NCBI GenBank assembly: GCA_009914755.4
Contig: CP068257.2
Location: 44,480,001 to 44,544,000 of the forward strand
From: the human T2T-CHM13v2.0 reference genome, Homo sapiens
DNA: 64,000 nt
Reading direction: 5' to 3'
The position numbers were made by a program, and so were the translations under genes. This document shows, piece by piece, positions 1 through 17,286 of this stretch (the stretch's first letter is position 1; each line of letters starts with the position of its first letter). The notes below the pieces were generated by a model. It ran no database searches and was not told the origin of the DNA. It saw nothing but the letters and a program-made list of their open reading frames with translations.

Positions 1-1885
1 TTCACTATTTCTGAAAAAAAAAAACAATCACTGGGATTTTTATAGGGATTACATTAAACCTCGAGATCAATTTGGGTGGTATTGACATCTTAATATAGTA
101 AGTCTTCCAATCTATGAACATGAATGTCTTTTTTTAAATGTCCTCTTCAATTTCTTTCAGAAATGTTTTGTAGTTCTCATTGTACAGGTCTTTCACCTCC
201 TAAGTCAATTTTTAAGTATTTTATTATTTTTGATACTATAGTAAATAGAATTGTTTTCTTAATTTCCTTTGGATTGTTCATTGTTAGTGAATAGAAATAC
301 AACTGATTTTTATGTGTTTACTATGTATTCTGCTATTTTGCTGAATTTGTTTATTAGTTGTAACAGTTTTTGTGGAATTTTTAGGGTTTTCTACATACAA
401 GATCATATCATCAGTGATCAGAGATAATTTACTTATTTCTTTCCAATTTGAATGCCTTTAATTTCTTTTTCTTGCCCAATTGCTCTGGCCAGAACTTCCA
501 GTACAGTGTTAAATAGAAGTAGTGAAAGCAGGCATCCTTCCTTTATTTCTGACCTTAGAGGAAAAGCTTTCAGTCTTTCACCACTGAGTATGATGTTCAC
601 TGTGGCTTTTTCGTATAATATGGCTTTTATTATGTTAAGGTTGTTTCCTTCTATTCCTAATTTGTTGAGTGTTTTTATCATGAAAGGGTATTGAATTTTG
701 TCATATGGTTTCTCTGCATCAACTGCAATGATCATGTGTGAGTTTTTTTTCCTCCTTCATTCTGTTAATGTGTATTACATTGATTGATTTTTTTTTTTTT
801 TGTATGTTGAACTATCCTTGCACTCCAGAAATAAATCCTACTTGGTCAATTCATTAAATTCCATTTAATTGCATCAAATTATACCAAATTTAGTTTACTA
901 TTAATAGTATTTTGTTTAGGATTTTTGCATCAATGTTCATAAGGAAGACTGGATTGTAGTTTTCTTCTCTTGCAATATCTTTGTCTGGTATTGGTATCAG
1001 AGTAATGCTGGCCTCGTAAGAATGAGTTAAATAGTGTTCCCTTCTCTTCAAGTTTTTTGAAAATTTTGGGAGGGTTTGGTGTTAGTTCTTTATGTGTTTG
1101 GTAGAATTCACCAGTGCAGCCATCAGGTCCAGAGGTTGTTTGTCAGGAGATTTTTGAGTATTGATTCAATCTCCTTACTAGTTATGTCTATTCAGATTTT
1201 CTATTTCTTCATGATTTGATTTTGTCTTGATAGGTTTTGTCTGTCTGGAAATTTTTCCATTCCATCTGTGTTATTCAAATTGTTGACATATAGTTGCTTA
1301 TAGTACACTCTTATAATCTTTTTTATTTCTGTAGAATTAGTAGCAATGTTGCCACTTTCACTTATAATTTTAGTAATTTGAGTTTCTTCTTTTTTTCTTA
1401 GTCTAGAATCTAGCTTAAGGCTGGTCAATTCTGTTATCTTTTCAAAGAACCAACTTTTGTTGTCATTGATTTTCTCTATTATCTGTCTGTTCTCCATTTT
1501 GTTTATCTTTGCTCTGATCTTTATTTTTTCCTTCTTTCTGCTAGCTTGTTCTTTTTCTAGTTCCTTACATTGTAAGGTTAAGCTCCTATTTGAGACCTGT
1601 CTTTTTTAATATAAGCATGTATAGCCATCAGTTTCCCCCTTAGCACTGCTTTCACTGTCGAACAAGTTTTTAAATTTGTGTTTTCATTTTCACTCATCTC
1701 TAAGTATTTTATAATTTCCCTTGTGATTTCTTCTCTGATCCTTGGTTATTTAACAGGGTGTTGTTTAATTTCGTGATTTTTTAAATGTCCTTGTTGCTGA
1801 TTTTTAACTTTACTCCTTTGTGGTCTGAAAAGATATCTTGTATGATGTAGATCTTTCAAAATCTATTGACACAGACTTTGTTGTT
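1..1885 (-). mobile_element. L1 (LINE-1) fragment, ORF2 reverse-transcriptase/C-terminal region, antisense to the window
   Basis: ORF 433..735(-) contains [30 protein letters not shown] and ORF 1201..1497(-) contains NKSWFFEKI, both L1 ORF2p motifs; the DNA matches the antisense L1 ORF2 consensus. Confidence 0.85.
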
Positions 1886-2039
1886 GCAACTAACCCCGTC
1901 ATTGCAAGCCCTTCTCCGTCTGGTTGAAGTGACTTCCAGGAGATTTAAAGGGCTGGCACCCTTTTCTCCCTTCATTTTTCTCTTTTTCCTCTTTTGAGAG
2001 GTAGACATTGAAGACTAGCACATTCAAAAGCAACCATAT

Positions 2040-4330
<2,291 letters not shown>

Positions 4331-4439
4331 GTTGCTGGCTCTCAGTCTGCTTCCAGTCTGCTCATATTGCTTTTGTTGTAATGATGGTCATATGTGGGAG
4401 CTCAGTATCAAGAGGGCAGACTTGAGCCCACACTGCCAG

Positions 4440-4620
4440 GCTTCAGACCTCAGCTATTAGCTGAGTGCCCTGGGCAAGTTACCTCACTGGGCCTTGGTTT
4501 CCTCATCTGTTGGAGTGGGGATGGTAATAGTACCTATGTCCAAGGCCATAAGTCCAATTGTGAATGTTGAATGAAGGGATATAGGACAGTATCTGGTACA
4601 CAATTATTATAGATTTTTCA
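4440..4620 (+). mobile_element. MIR SINE fragment
   Basis: GGTTTCCTCATCTGTTGGAGTGGGGATGGTAATAGTACCTAT...CAGTATCTGGTACACAATTATTATAG matches the MIR core. Confidence 0.7.
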
Positions 4621-6119
4621 TTGACATTTTATACATTCTGTTTTCTTCAAAGACTTTTTGGTTCCTGTTTTGCACTCAGATACTTCCTTTTCCTGGAGTT
4701 TATTTGGGAGCACCATGTGAGGTAGTACCTTTATTTCTAGTCACAGGGTGAGCCCTCATCCCAGCCTGCTTCCACCACTCTGAAAGGCCACCATGTCATA
4801 GCCTAAGTTCTCGTGTGTTGTTATGCCCATGGTTGTGTGGAGTGTTGGCCTGTTCCAGCACCAAAACCAAAACTGTAATTTTATCATTTCATTTGATAGC
4901 ACAAGCTTTCTCATCACTCTATTTTTTATTTTGCTCAACTCTTCTTGCTTTTTCTACCAAGTAAAACTTGGATTCATTTTGCAAACTCCTATCTACAAAA
5001 ATGCAAAAAATTTTCTTGGAAACTTTAATTAAAATTGCATTCTATTATAGATTCAGTTAGGAATAACTGATATTTTTAAATCAGTTTAAGATAGTGGGAT
5101 GATTTCTTATCCAAAAACAAGGTTTGTCTTTCCAATATATTTCTCAAAAATTTTTTTGAGTTTTTTTCATAAGTCCTGCACATTTTTATTCAGTTGATTC
5201 CTTGGGTTTATGTTGTTTTTCTTACTAGTGTAAATAGCATTTTTCTGCAACATTTTCTAACTGGTTGTTAGAAAATGTTTCTTCTAACTGATAGAAGAAA
5301 ATCAATAACTTTTTGTATGTTGAGGACTAAGCTCTGATTTTTTTATCTTGCCTATATTGTTATCTAAGGGGTCTAGGGAGTCATGCCCTACAAACCATAA
5401 ATTCTCATCAGATGGTTTTATCTAACCCTATATGCCGTGACTTACTTTCCATCTGACTCTGGCATGACACTACACGACCAAGAAGAAAATAAAAATATTT
5501 TACCCCAAAACATGTTTCTTTGCCACATTTTGAAATGGCCCTGCAAAGCTGTCCTTTACTGGGGAAAATTTGCATCTGTAAGGAATCTCTGTTAACATAG
5601 CTAGCTCTTTTTCTTCCAGGCCCTCCCAATTCTGAAGAGATTAACCGAGAGTCTAGCAGCTTTTAAAGGTCTCAATAGGAAACACTTGTCATTGATTGTC
5701 TCTAAGGGCAGCCACTATGAGACTTCAGAAGAACCTTGGTCTCCACAGTCTTTTATCTTAACCTGAGCATTTCCTTTCTATGATCCCAGGTCTTTAGACA
5801 AACTCAACCAATTGTCAACCAGAAAATGTTTAAATTTACCTGTAGCCTGGAAGCCATCTCTCCCCGCTTTGAATTTTCCTGCCTTTCTGGATTAAACCAA
5901 TGTATTTCTTAAATGTATTTGATTGATGTCTCATGCCTCCCTAAAATGAATAAAACCGAGCTGCACCCCAGCCACCTTGGGTACATGTTCTCAGGACCTC
6001 CTAAGGGCTGTGTCATGGGTCATGGCCACTCATATTTGGCTCAGAATAAATCTCTTAAAATATTTTACAGAGTTTGACTCTTTTCATCAATGATATATTT
6101 TTCTAAGTGGCTCACTAAA

Positions 6120-6240
6120 TTTTCTCTCCCTAATCTCCCCTCCTTTCTCTTTCTTTCTCTCTTTCTCTCTGTCTATATATATATATATTTTTTTTTCTCT
6201 TTTTTAAAAAAACTTTGTTCAGATGATTTTCTGGGTAGAC
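6120..6240. repeat. simple repeats (TCTC)n, (TA)n and a poly-T run
   Basis: ctctcctttctctttctttctctctttctctctgtctatatatatatatattttttttt. Confidence 0.9.
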
Positions 6241-7059
6241 AATCCTATCTTTAATAAGGACAGTTTTGTCTCTTCTTTTCCAACAGTTATACTTTTATTT
6301 TTACTGTCTTATTGCATTGGCTTCCAACACAACACTGAATGGTAGCGTAAGATCTGCACTGTTTGCCCCCACCCCATTTTTTTTGTACTGTAGTAAGCAT
6401 TCTTCTAATGCAGGATTTTTTAACCCAGGGTTAGATCTACGAATGGAATCCCTGAATTCCTGGACATGATTTCTGTATATGAGCATCTATGCATTTGTGT
6501 AAGGTGAAATTGTGTAGACTCTTAAAAGGGTCCATGACCACAAAGATAAGAACCACTATTTTAGCTTTTTGTGTAAAATATGATGTGAGCTCTTGATTTG
6601 AAATGTATATCCTTTATAGAGTTAATTCTACTCCTAAATTTCTTACTAGGTTTTACCTTGTCTGGCTGTTGTTGTTTCTTAGTTAGAAATTGATGTTTCA
6701 GGGATCTATTGAAGCAATTGCATATTTTTTCCCATTTTATGTTAATGTGACTTACATTAATGTATTCCCTAGTGTTTGTGGCAACACTGTACTTTAACTT
6801 CATATTATAGTTCTGGTATAGTGGTCCTTAATATGCTATTGGATTTTAGTTTTTAATATTGGCTAGAATTTTTGTGATAATGTTATGGGATTTTTAGGGT
6901 GTCACTTTTCTGGCCTGAAACCTCTATGGCCAGTGGCGCCTTTGCCCAAGTTCTTGTCCTGTGTCCAGGAAGAATGAGGTACACAGACAAGTGGAGGGTG
7001 TGCAAGACAGAGAAGCTTTATTGAGTGTTAGGGGAGCTCACAGGAGACCCGCAGGGGGC

Positions 7060-7390
7060 AGCCCCTCTCTGTAGGCAGGTTGTCTTGTCGGCGGGTTGTC
7101 TTGTCAAATGTTCAGCTCTCAGCAGAGAGAAGGCCCTGGAGTGGGTGGCTCCTCTCTGCAGGCAGGTCATCCCATTGTCTCTGCAGCTCTTAGCAGAGAG
7201 GAGGCCCTCGAGAGCGTGTCTCCTCTCTGCAAACAGGGCATCTCAACTAGTGTTCAGCTCTCAGCAGAGAGAAAGCCCTGGAGAGGGTAGCTCCTCTCTG
7301 CAGCTGGTCGTCCTGACATCCCTTCAGGTCCTGAAGCTCTCAGCAGAGAGAGCACCTCCTCTCTGCAGCTGGTCGTGCCATGCTCTGCCC
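7060..7390. repeat. minisatellite, about 62-bp unit x5 (..cctctctgcaggcaggt..agctctcagcagagaga..)
   Basis: visible tandem units; overlapping ORFs 7025..7402 and 7096..7290 translate to near-identical peptides. Confidence 0.8.
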
Positions 7391-8789
7391 TGCTCTGACT
7401 GAGCCTGGGGCTTTTAAAGGCCTCAGAGAGGGGAAGTGCATGCTGATTGGTCCATGTGCAGCCATGTGCAGGCCCAGAAGAAAGCACCTTGAGTTCCCCT
7501 CTGGTCCGTAGGACGGGCAACCCGGCCCCCAGGCTTCAGGCCTGCCCCAGCCTGAAGGTGGGGCTTCACTGGGGACCCATCCTCTTCTGCCCAGGAGCCT
7601 ATCTGCCTCCTGCAGCCATCCATGGTGCCCAGGCTGCTGGTACCAAGGGGCACCGGTGCCCAGCCACCCTCAGCACCCCCCCAAGCCTCCCCTCCTGCAC
7701 TTCTCAGTGCCCACAGTTTGGAGGGGGCCAAGTCAGCAGGGGGCTGGCATGTCAGCACTGCCACAAGCATGCACCCACCCGGCCAGGCTGTGACAGTGCC
7801 CAGGCTCAGCCCCAACTCTGCTCTGAGATTGGAGTGGGTGGTGGGAGCGGGAAGAAGCTGGGCAGCGGGAACAGGCACCTCCAGGCCTACAAGGGAAAGA
7901 GGGGCCTTCCCTGGCTCCCCAAGAGTGCAGCGATGCCTGGGTCAGCAGCCCCAGTTGGGGCAGCTGAAACTGCACCAGGAGTGGGGGCTGGCTCCTGCCT
8001 CCTCCATGGAGCAGAAGGCCCAGATCCACAGCCACGACTTGGGCAGTTGTACCTGGGGAACTCTCACCTCGCCAAACTGCAAGGGGCAGGGATCCCACTT
8101 ATCCCCGGCTCCTGCTGGCTCCGTGGAGCATGGTACCTGGCCATGTCCTCTCGCAGCCTGGGGCAGGGTCTCCAGACCTGGGCCAGCATCCCAGACAGGG
8201 GCAACACCGCCGTGAGCTCCCCTTCACCCAGCACACCACCCGGCCCGGCCCCATGGCAGCGGCCCCCAGGGAGGCAGTCTGCGGGGTTGGGGGCCTGTCT
8301 GCCTCTTCCATGGGCCCTCCCTGAGCAGCCAGTGTGATGGCAGCGGCCACACCAGATGGGCTGCCGCTGCCATCAGTAATATTTATAGTGATATTTATCT
8401 GTAGAGTTACTTTTAGGGACTTTTTTTTTTATCAAGCTTTGGTCACAGGTTATGCCACATTTAAAAATGAATTGGGAAAAAGTTTATCTTTTTATGTTCT
8501 AAAACAAGTTAAATAGCATGAAGTGCTTGTCCTTGAAGCTGTGAAACTCACCCACAAACTGCCTGAGCTGGCACCTTTGGGAACGGACTTCATTCCTCCC
8601 TGGGCCCCAGGCTGAGCAGGTCTGGCCTGGGTCACCTCATCCACTCCAGACGCCGCAAAATCACAGCAACCCTTCAGGGCCCTCTCCTGGCAGCGCCTCC
8701 CCTAGTCCCGGTGCTTGGACACTCCTCCCATCTGCACCGAGGAGAGGGCGGCACTCCAATCCCTGCATCACCCCTGGAACTGCACGCTC

Positions 8790-8945
8790 TGAACCAGGCC
8801 CGGTGCCCTTTCTGCCCAGCTGCCCGGCTGCTGCCAGCCCCACTCTGCGGAGCCAGCAGCACAGTGAGGCCCGTCCTGATGGCCTCCAGCTCCACTCTGC
8901 GGAGTCAGCGGGCACAGTGAGGCCCGTCCTGATGGCCTCCTGGAG
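8790..8945. repeat. tandem duplication, about 60 bp x2 (ccactctgcggag.cagc.gcacagtgaggcccgtcctgatggcctcc)
   Basis: direct repeat seen in the sequence; duplicated peptides in ORFs 8711..8920 and 8803..9051. Confidence 0.8.
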
Positions 8946-9149
8946 CTGGAGCTTAGGCCAAGCCACAGGGCATCAGGGAGGATGGACGTTCAAGGGCTGG
9001 ATCTGTTTGCCCCAGGGTCCTGGCACCCAACAGAAAGGAAAGCCAGGCTAATGACGGCTGTGTCCCTACACTTGACAGAGTCCTCCCTCCCTCCTTATCA
9101 AAGTCCTGTTTAAAGGGAATGGAGCCAGGCTGGAGAGAGAGTGCCTAGC

Positions 9150-9391
9150 TCTGCAGGGGAGCCGGTCTGGGGAAGCTGGGATCTCTCTCCCGCCCTCCCC
9201 TCTGCACTGCTTCCAGGGCAGCCCCAGGCAGTGGGGGGCGCCAGACAGTGGTGCTCCATTCCCTTCCATGCCGACGCGCCCAGCTACCCACTCCACCCAG
9301 CCCTGGAGGACATGGAAGGGCCTCAACCATCCAAATCCCACCCAAAACTGAGCCCAGAGGCACCCACTAAACATCTGTGACCCCACCCAGG
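9150..9391 (+). other. COL6A2: COL6A2 putative non-coding exon 1 (5'UTR); 5' end not determinable
   Basis: GC-rich promoter-proximal segment ending in a candidate donor CCCAGG|GTGGGG about 190 nt upstream of the exon 2 acceptor; inferred from gene structure, not from sequence identity. Confidence 0.3.
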
Positions 9392-9499
9392 GTGGGGCAA
9401 GAGGGCGCAAGCCCCCCAGTCCAGATGCTGGTGATGGTGTGTGCTGGGCGCAGACCCCGCTTCCTTGAAGACTGAGGGCAGTGCCCCCAATCCCGCTGA

Positions 9500-10015
<516 letters not shown>

Positions 10016-10031
10016 TAAGGCTGGCTCGTGA

Positions 10032-10736
<705 letters not shown>

Positions 10737-10875
10737 TGAGTGCGGAGGCCGAAGGAGGAAGCTCCGGGCAGGGCCTGGGCCACTCAGGTGTCCCTCCATC
10801 CCCACCCAGACTCGAGGTGCAGCCGCCCCAGGTCTCGAGGCACACGGCTAACCAGCATGTCTGTCTTTTCTGCAG

Positions 10876-10896
10876 AAACACGAAGCCTACGGAGAG
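10876..10896 (+). CDS. COL6A2: COL6A2 21-nt microexon (KHEAYGE)
   Basis: tctgcag|AAACACGAAGCCTACGGAGAG|gtgagtgg; frame continuity to the next exon. Confidence 0.85.
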
Positions 10897-11461
10897 GTGA
10901 GTGGCGCTTCCCTTCCTGCCAGTGCTGGCCGGCAGCTGACCCAGCAGAGATGACCGCGCCAGGCTGCCGACTCCTGGCGCCTCCAGGCTGGAACAGATGA
11001 GAGGAGAGGGAGTCACCTGCTCCATGTTGGACCTGAGGCCTTGGAGTCTGGAGAAAGGGCTCCCAGCCAAAGCTAGGCTGTTTAGATCCCGTGAGGGTCA
11101 GCGTTAGGGTCACCCACAGAGCACGTGTTACAAGGAGAGGTCGAGGGTCTGGCCTCCGGGCAGGTGGGATCCATCCACCCTGGACTCGAGGCCCGAGCCC
11201 AGCCCAGCAGGTCAGGGGAGAAGGAACTGACATCATCGGGGTCCATGACATCCCCACCTCCCTGTGTGTCCCAGCTCCAGCTCTCAGGAAGGGGAGCAGG
11301 CATCTGAGATCTCCCCCGTGAGGCTTCCTGCAAAAACGTGCCCTGCCTCAGAATCGCTGCTCAGTAACAGTGGTTTCATTGCCGTGTACAAATGGTGCCT
11401 CCCTCACCAGTGCCCCTTGCTCTTCCATCCTTTTGTAAAATTTATTCTTTTATATTTGTTT

Positions 11462-11800
11462 TTTTAGAGACAGGGTCTTTCTCTGTCACCTAGGCTGGAG
11501 TGCAGTGGTACGATCACGGCTCACTGCAGCCTTGAACTCTGAGGCTCAAGCCATCCTCCCACCTCAGCCTCCCAAGTAGCTGGGACTACAGGCACCTGCC
11601 ACCATACCTGGTGTGCGCATGTAGTTCCAGCTACTTGGGAGGCTGAGGTGGGAGGATCGCTTTCGTATTGTTTTTTTGTAGAGATGGGATCTCACTATGT
11701 TGCCCAGCCTGGTCTCTAACTCCTGGCCTCAAGCAGTCCTCCCTGCCTCGGCCTACCAAAATGTTGGGATTCCAGGCGTGAGCTGCACCCGGCCTTTCTT
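11462..11800 (-). mobile_element. two adjacent or mosaic Alu fragments (mostly antisense)
   Basis: GAGACAGGGTCTTTCTCTGTCACCTAGGCTGGAGTGCAGTGG...; second copy ...TTTTGTAGAGATGGGATCTCACTATGTTGCCCAGCCTGGTCTC. Confidence 0.8.
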
Positions 11801-11989
11801 CCCTTCTATTTTCTGTCATGGCTTAAGCCAGGCTTGGTTTTTTAAACTTGCCTAGAACACCTGACCGAGAGCCAAACTCTTTGGCTTGTCCCTGATGGGG
11901 GCAGAGCCTCACAGCACCCCATGTCTCACAGCTCCCTCACGCCCGCCCAGGTTCTCAGGGCATTTCAGCATCTCCTTGGCCCCTGCTGA

Positions 11990-12202
<213 letters not shown>

Positions 12203-12214
12203 TGAAATCCACAC

Positions 12215-12595
<381 letters not shown>

Positions 12596-13943
12596 CTAAT
12601 TCCTTTTAAATAGTATATTGAGAAAAGCAGAAGCTTGTAAAAAATGAGATATGCCATTAAAATACTTTGGTAAGCAAGCATATTCAAGTAAGTAAAATGT
12701 GAGATGCACTACACTTAATAATATGATTGCTCATTAATATGAAGGAACCTCTTTTGTGGCTTACTAAATAAGCAGTTTTAGGGAGCCTGGTTTGAATGTC
12801 CCCTGCATTTTCTGGTTTGAACATCCCCTGCATTTTCCTAACAGAGGTGCATCAAATAAAGTCCTTCCAAAACTCACTAACAGAGTATGTGAAACTCCAA
12901 CAATTCACATCTGTTAAAAATTATAAAGAAAAGCATAGGAGGAGAAAGTAGCTTCTAAGGAGATGAAATAAGGAATTGACCATCATAGAGGATGTTACTG
13001 CTACGTAGCTTCGTGTTTTTCTAAATTTGGATAACAGCTGTCTAGACCAGTAGGTATCTGGATGTACTTTCTCCAGGATGAGACATCTCGAGGCTGCAGG
13101 TCAAATCCTGCCATCTCCCTCCCTGGCTTCTCCAGTCCTGGTGGCAATGCCGACCCTACTACAGCTGGGAATGAATTTGCCACTTGGGGCAGCCTTGGCT
13201 GCACACAGCAGTGCAGTGACCCGTTCTGTTGGGGGGGCCACTGGAAGCTGCCACAGGGATCACTGTGGTTAGAGTTTGAGGGGTGGCAAGGTGCCAAGCG
13301 GAGCCCAGGACAGGGCACAGCTGTGATGTTCCAGAAGCCTCTGCCCACCTCATCCCCTGCCCTGAGTTTCCTCCCTTTTCTTCCTTTTGACCTCTTAATT
13401 CTTCCTCTTTCCTCTGCTCCTCTTTGCACTTAAATTGGGAGCATATCAATAAATAGATGAATTTATTTAATAAAGTTCTGTATCATAGGTTAAAATTTTA
13501 ATTCCAAGAGAGTGTAACCTTTATGTGGTGTTCTGAAGTCCTGATCTGTCTAAAGTTACTTAGATAAAGGAATTAATCTTTGTAGTGACGGTGACCCAGG
13601 CATCGCTGGAGAATCAGAGCCCAGTGTTGGCCACAGTCACAGCTACTGGGTGCAGAAGGGACCCCCACGGGCCAGGCACCCCCACCCCAGGGGGCTCTTC
13701 TGGCTCCATTTTGCAGGTGGCTTTGTGGGAAGCTTCCCTCAGAGCTGGGAGAAATGGGTCAAAGCAAACCCTTGTCTGACAGAGGCTGGCCCTTTGGGGA
13801 GCAGCTGACACCAAGACTTCTCCACTTGGGCAGGGGAATCAGTAACCTCTGCTGTGTCACCTCTCAGAGGAGCTGTGGCAGGGTCCCCAGCTGCCTACCG
13901 CCCACCCTACCCTGCCTCGATGTACTCTTTTCTCTGCTTTTAG

Positions 13944-13997
13944 GGTGCCAAGGGCAACATGGGTGAGCCGGGAGAGCCTGGCCAGAAGGGAAGACAG
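13944..13997 (+). CDS. COL6A2: COL6A2 Gly-X-Y exon (GAKGNMGEPGEPGQKGRQ)
   Basis: 54 nt; ctttTAG|GGTGCC...AGACAG|gtgagt; position confirmed by the frame of ORF 13754..13966. Confidence 0.9.
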
Positions 13998-14080
13998 GTG
14001 AGTGTCCTTGCCCCACGCCCGCCCCGCCTGCAGCCCAGCGCCCCAGGGCTGGGCTCACACTGCTGCGTTGTCCTTCACAG

Positions 14081-14125
14081 GGAGACCCGGGCATCGAAGG
14101 CCCCATTGGATTCCCAGGACCCAAG
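14081..14125 (+). CDS. COL6A2: COL6A2 Gly-X-Y exon (GDPGIEGPIGFPGPK)
   Basis: 45 nt; cttcacag|GGAGAC...CCCAAG|gtgagt. Confidence 0.9.
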
Positions 14126-14448
14126 GTGAGTGACCTCGGCCAGGGGCTTGGCTCCACCCTGAGGCCCCAGCACTGCCAGGCAGGCTCCCCCCAGCCCAGC
14201 CTCGGCCTCAGCCTCTACGACCCTCCCCCCAGTTACCAAGGAACAGAAGCACCTCGATAACTTGATGGCCGTCCCAAAACCCAGCCTCCAGCCCGACCCA
14301 GGGCTCAGCCTCCTCCGCAGACTGTTTGTCGAGAACACTAGATGCCAGCGGCCCACCGAGCACTCCCCTCAGCCTGCAGGGCTGGCCCTTCCCTGCCTGT
14401 GTCTCTGCAGAGCTCCTCACTAATGCCCCTCTCTCCTCCTGCCCCCAG

Positions 14449-14475
14449 GGCGTTCCTGGCTTCAAAGGAGAGAAG
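14449..14475 (+). CDS. COL6A2: COL6A2 Gly-X-Y exon (GVPGFKGEK)
   Basis: 27 nt; gcccccag|GGCGTT...GAGAAG|gtgagg. Confidence 0.88.
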
Positions 14476-14722
14476 GTGAGGCTCTTGCCCTGACAGACCT
14501 CAGACCTGCGCCAGCCTCGGCCCAGACCCACCTCTTGGCGTCCGCCGCAGCCTGTCACTGCTCCTGGGGCACCGGCCTGGTCTTTTCTCAGTGGTGGCTT
14601 TGGGGGCTCCTGGGGGGTCCTGTGGCCTTGAGTTTGGCCCAAGGGCTTTGCCCCCCAGAGGCAGCAGTGCCCATGATGCTTTGAGGCACCGAGCTCACTG
14701 CGCTGGCTTTCCTCCTACACAG

Positions 14723-14749
14723 GGTGAATTTGGAGCCGACGGTCGCAAG
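14723..14749 (+). CDS. COL6A2: COL6A2 Gly-X-Y exon (GEFGADGRK)
   Basis: 27 nt; ctacacag|GGTGAA...CGCAAG|gtaggc; ends fixed by ORF 14591..14890 residues 45-53. Confidence 0.9.
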
Positions 14750-14841
14750 GTAGGCTGGCTGGGTAGGCAGAGCCCCTCCTTCCTGCTGCTCAGGGCAGAA
14801 GGACCGGGGCTAATGGAGTTCCCTCTTCCTTCTCTCTTCAG

Positions 14842-14886
14842 GGGGCCCCTGGCCTGGCTGGCAAGAACGGGACCGATGGACAGAAG
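14842..14886 (+). CDS. COL6A2: COL6A2 Gly-X-Y exon (GAPGLAGKNGTDGQK)
   Basis: 45 nt; tctcttcag|GGGGCC...CAGAAG|gtagag. Confidence 0.9.
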
Positions 14887-14995
14887 GTAGAGGGAGCCTC
14901 GGGCTCACAGCTGGACTGGTCTCACAGAGGCATCCCAGCCTCTGCAGGGCCCCCAGATCCAGCCTGATCTGTCAGCTTACACATGTGTACACACG

Positions 14996-15034
<39 letters not shown>

Positions 15035-15475
15035 ACTTCAGCTCCTGCCACATCCCACTGCCCCACCCAGGGCTTCACCAGCCTGCATCTAATTCATGGC
15101 TGCACATCCCGGCTTGGGGCAGCTCCACAGCTGCACACAGAGGCCAGCAACAAGCCTACCCACTCCCAGGTCAAACCACAGGACAGCCCCACCCACTCCT
15201 TCCATGGCTCCCCGTGGGAACATCCTCTGTGCCCAGGGAGCTCTGCCCTCAGGGCCTCTGGGAGGCAGCCAGGGATGGCCTGTTCCTGCACAACGGCCAC
15301 TCTGCCTCCCCGGAGACAGCTCCACAGCAGCCGTGGCCTCATGTGGGCACCCGTGTGCCAGGAGGAGAGCGCTGCAGCCCTGCGGGGCAGAACCGGGTGG
15401 GCTGTGTCTTGGTCGTTGGCACACATGGACCCCAGAACCCCGCCCTGAGACTCCTCCTGCCCCCTTCTCCTTCAG

Positions 15476-15529
15476 GGCAAGCTGGGGCGCATCGGACCTC
15501 CTGGCTGCAAGGGAGACCCTGGAAACCGG
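15476..15529 (+). CDS. COL6A2: COL6A2 Gly-X-Y exon (GKLGRIGPPGCKGDPGNR)
   Basis: 54 nt; tctccttcag|GGCAAG...AACCGG|gtaagg. Confidence 0.9.
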
Positions 15530-15950
15530 GTAAGGGCCGTTTGCACCCCTCCTTCAGCCTCGGCCCAGGGGGTGTGGGTGCCTGACCGGGTGGGAGGGTA
15601 GTTGCTGCTGCAGTGGGAGCGTGGGTTCTCCCGGCAGCCCAGCAGCCCCAGCCCAGCAGCCCCAGCCCAGCATTCTGCCGGGTCGGAGTCATGTGAGGAA
15701 CTCCCCCTGGGAGCTCCTGGCGGATCCCCGTGGCCTGGAGACCTGATGCATCCCAAACTTCGGTGTCACTGGACAGCTCCATTTCCCTGAGCAGCAGATC
15801 CAGGCCTGGCCTCTTGGTCACTGAGCCTGGGGCCTCACAGTGAGGGTGGGAGGTGCGTCCCGGGCTGGGACAATGGAGCACTTGGGCCCTGGCTCATGGG
15901 GAGAACCCCACCCGCCGTGTGCCGAGCTCCACCTCTCACTCCTCTCTCAG

Positions 15951-16013
15951 GGCCCCGACGGTTACCCGGGGGAAGCAGGGAGTCCAGGGGAGCGAGGAGA
16001 CCAAGGCGGCAAG
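15951..16013 (+). CDS. COL6A2: COL6A2 Gly-X-Y exon ([21 protein letters not shown])
   Basis: 63 nt; ctctctcag|GGCCCC...GGCAAG|gtaagt; checked against ORF 15896..16132. Confidence 0.9.
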
Positions 16014-16690
16014 GTAAGTGGCCTTGTCAGGGTACGGGGCAGGCAGGGTCACCAGCTTCCAGGGGCCTCCTGGAGGCAGCCCCAGCTGAGAAGCTGAGCA
16101 GAGAGGGCCTTTCTGGAAACACTGGTCAGTGAGGAGCCAATGGCCGTGGGATGTGGTGGAGGGTGCCCTGCCCGTTGCTTCATCAGCTTCTAACCAGGGC
16201 TTGGGCGGCCCCACCGCTGCTCACCGAGGCCTCAGCAACAAACCCACCTCCTCCCAGGTGGAGCCCCAGGGAGCCCCACCCACACCTCCTGGAGCTCCCC
16301 ATGGGAACGTTGGTGCCCCAGGGGCTCTGCCCTCCTGGGCCGCCTGCAGTGTCGCCCCGCCCCTGGCGGCCCCAGGATCCCCAAGGGCTTTTTTCTGGGA
16401 GCTTGGACTTAGGGCTTCCCACTTTCTGTCCACCTTCCCTCAGCCCAAGCCCAAGTCTGGCTGAGTCCTCTGTGCAGATGCACAGGCGTCCTGCCCGTGA
16501 CACACACTCTGCCCTCAGCTGGCACGGAGGTTCCAGCAGCCCCCAGCCAGCATCTGGCATCCCAGGTGCCCCGTGGACATCAGGGAGGTGCAGTCCCAAG
16601 CCCGACCGTGGGTCCTGCCCCCGCAGCGGGCATCCTGCACCCCCCTTCCCCTGCCAAAAGACGTGAGGCTGATTCTGCAAACCCTTCCAG

Positions 16691-16753
16691 GGGGACCCTG
16701 GCCGCCCAGGACGCAGAGGGCCCCCGGGAGAAATCGGGGCCAAGGGAAGCAAG
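16691..16753 (+). CDS. COL6A2: COL6A2 Gly-X-Y exon (GDPGRPGRRGPPGEIGAKGSK)
   Basis: 63 nt; cccttccag|GGGGAC...AGCAAG|gtgagc. Confidence 0.9.
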
Positions 16754-17082
16754 GTGAGCCCCTCTGCCTCTTCGCCTGCAGCTGAGCTGGCCACACTCAC
16801 GCCCATGGCCCAGATGAACAGTCACGCTGGCCACCATCTCTGCTGTCACCATGGTGCCGCATTGGGCTCTGGGGACACGGGGAGGGACAGGAAGAACAGG
16901 CCATGTGCCCTGAGCCACCAGCCCCTCTGACCTGTGCCCTCCTCACGAGGCTGAACAAGTTCCAGGGGACCCTGCAGGGCCCCCATGTGCCTGGCAAGCA
17001 GATTCCGCTGGAAGATAATAGGGGCTCCACACCACACACCGCACAGGCGTGACCATGCCTCAGGGCCCCTGCCTCTGGGTGA

Positions 17083-17286
<204 letters not shown>

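Noticed and set aside
433-1497. Intact-looking ORFs with RT-like motifs (100 aa and 98 aa, - strand)
   Set aside because: These are fragments of a decayed L1 ORF2, short and interrupted by stops. They are not a functional reverse transcriptase and not a cellular gene.
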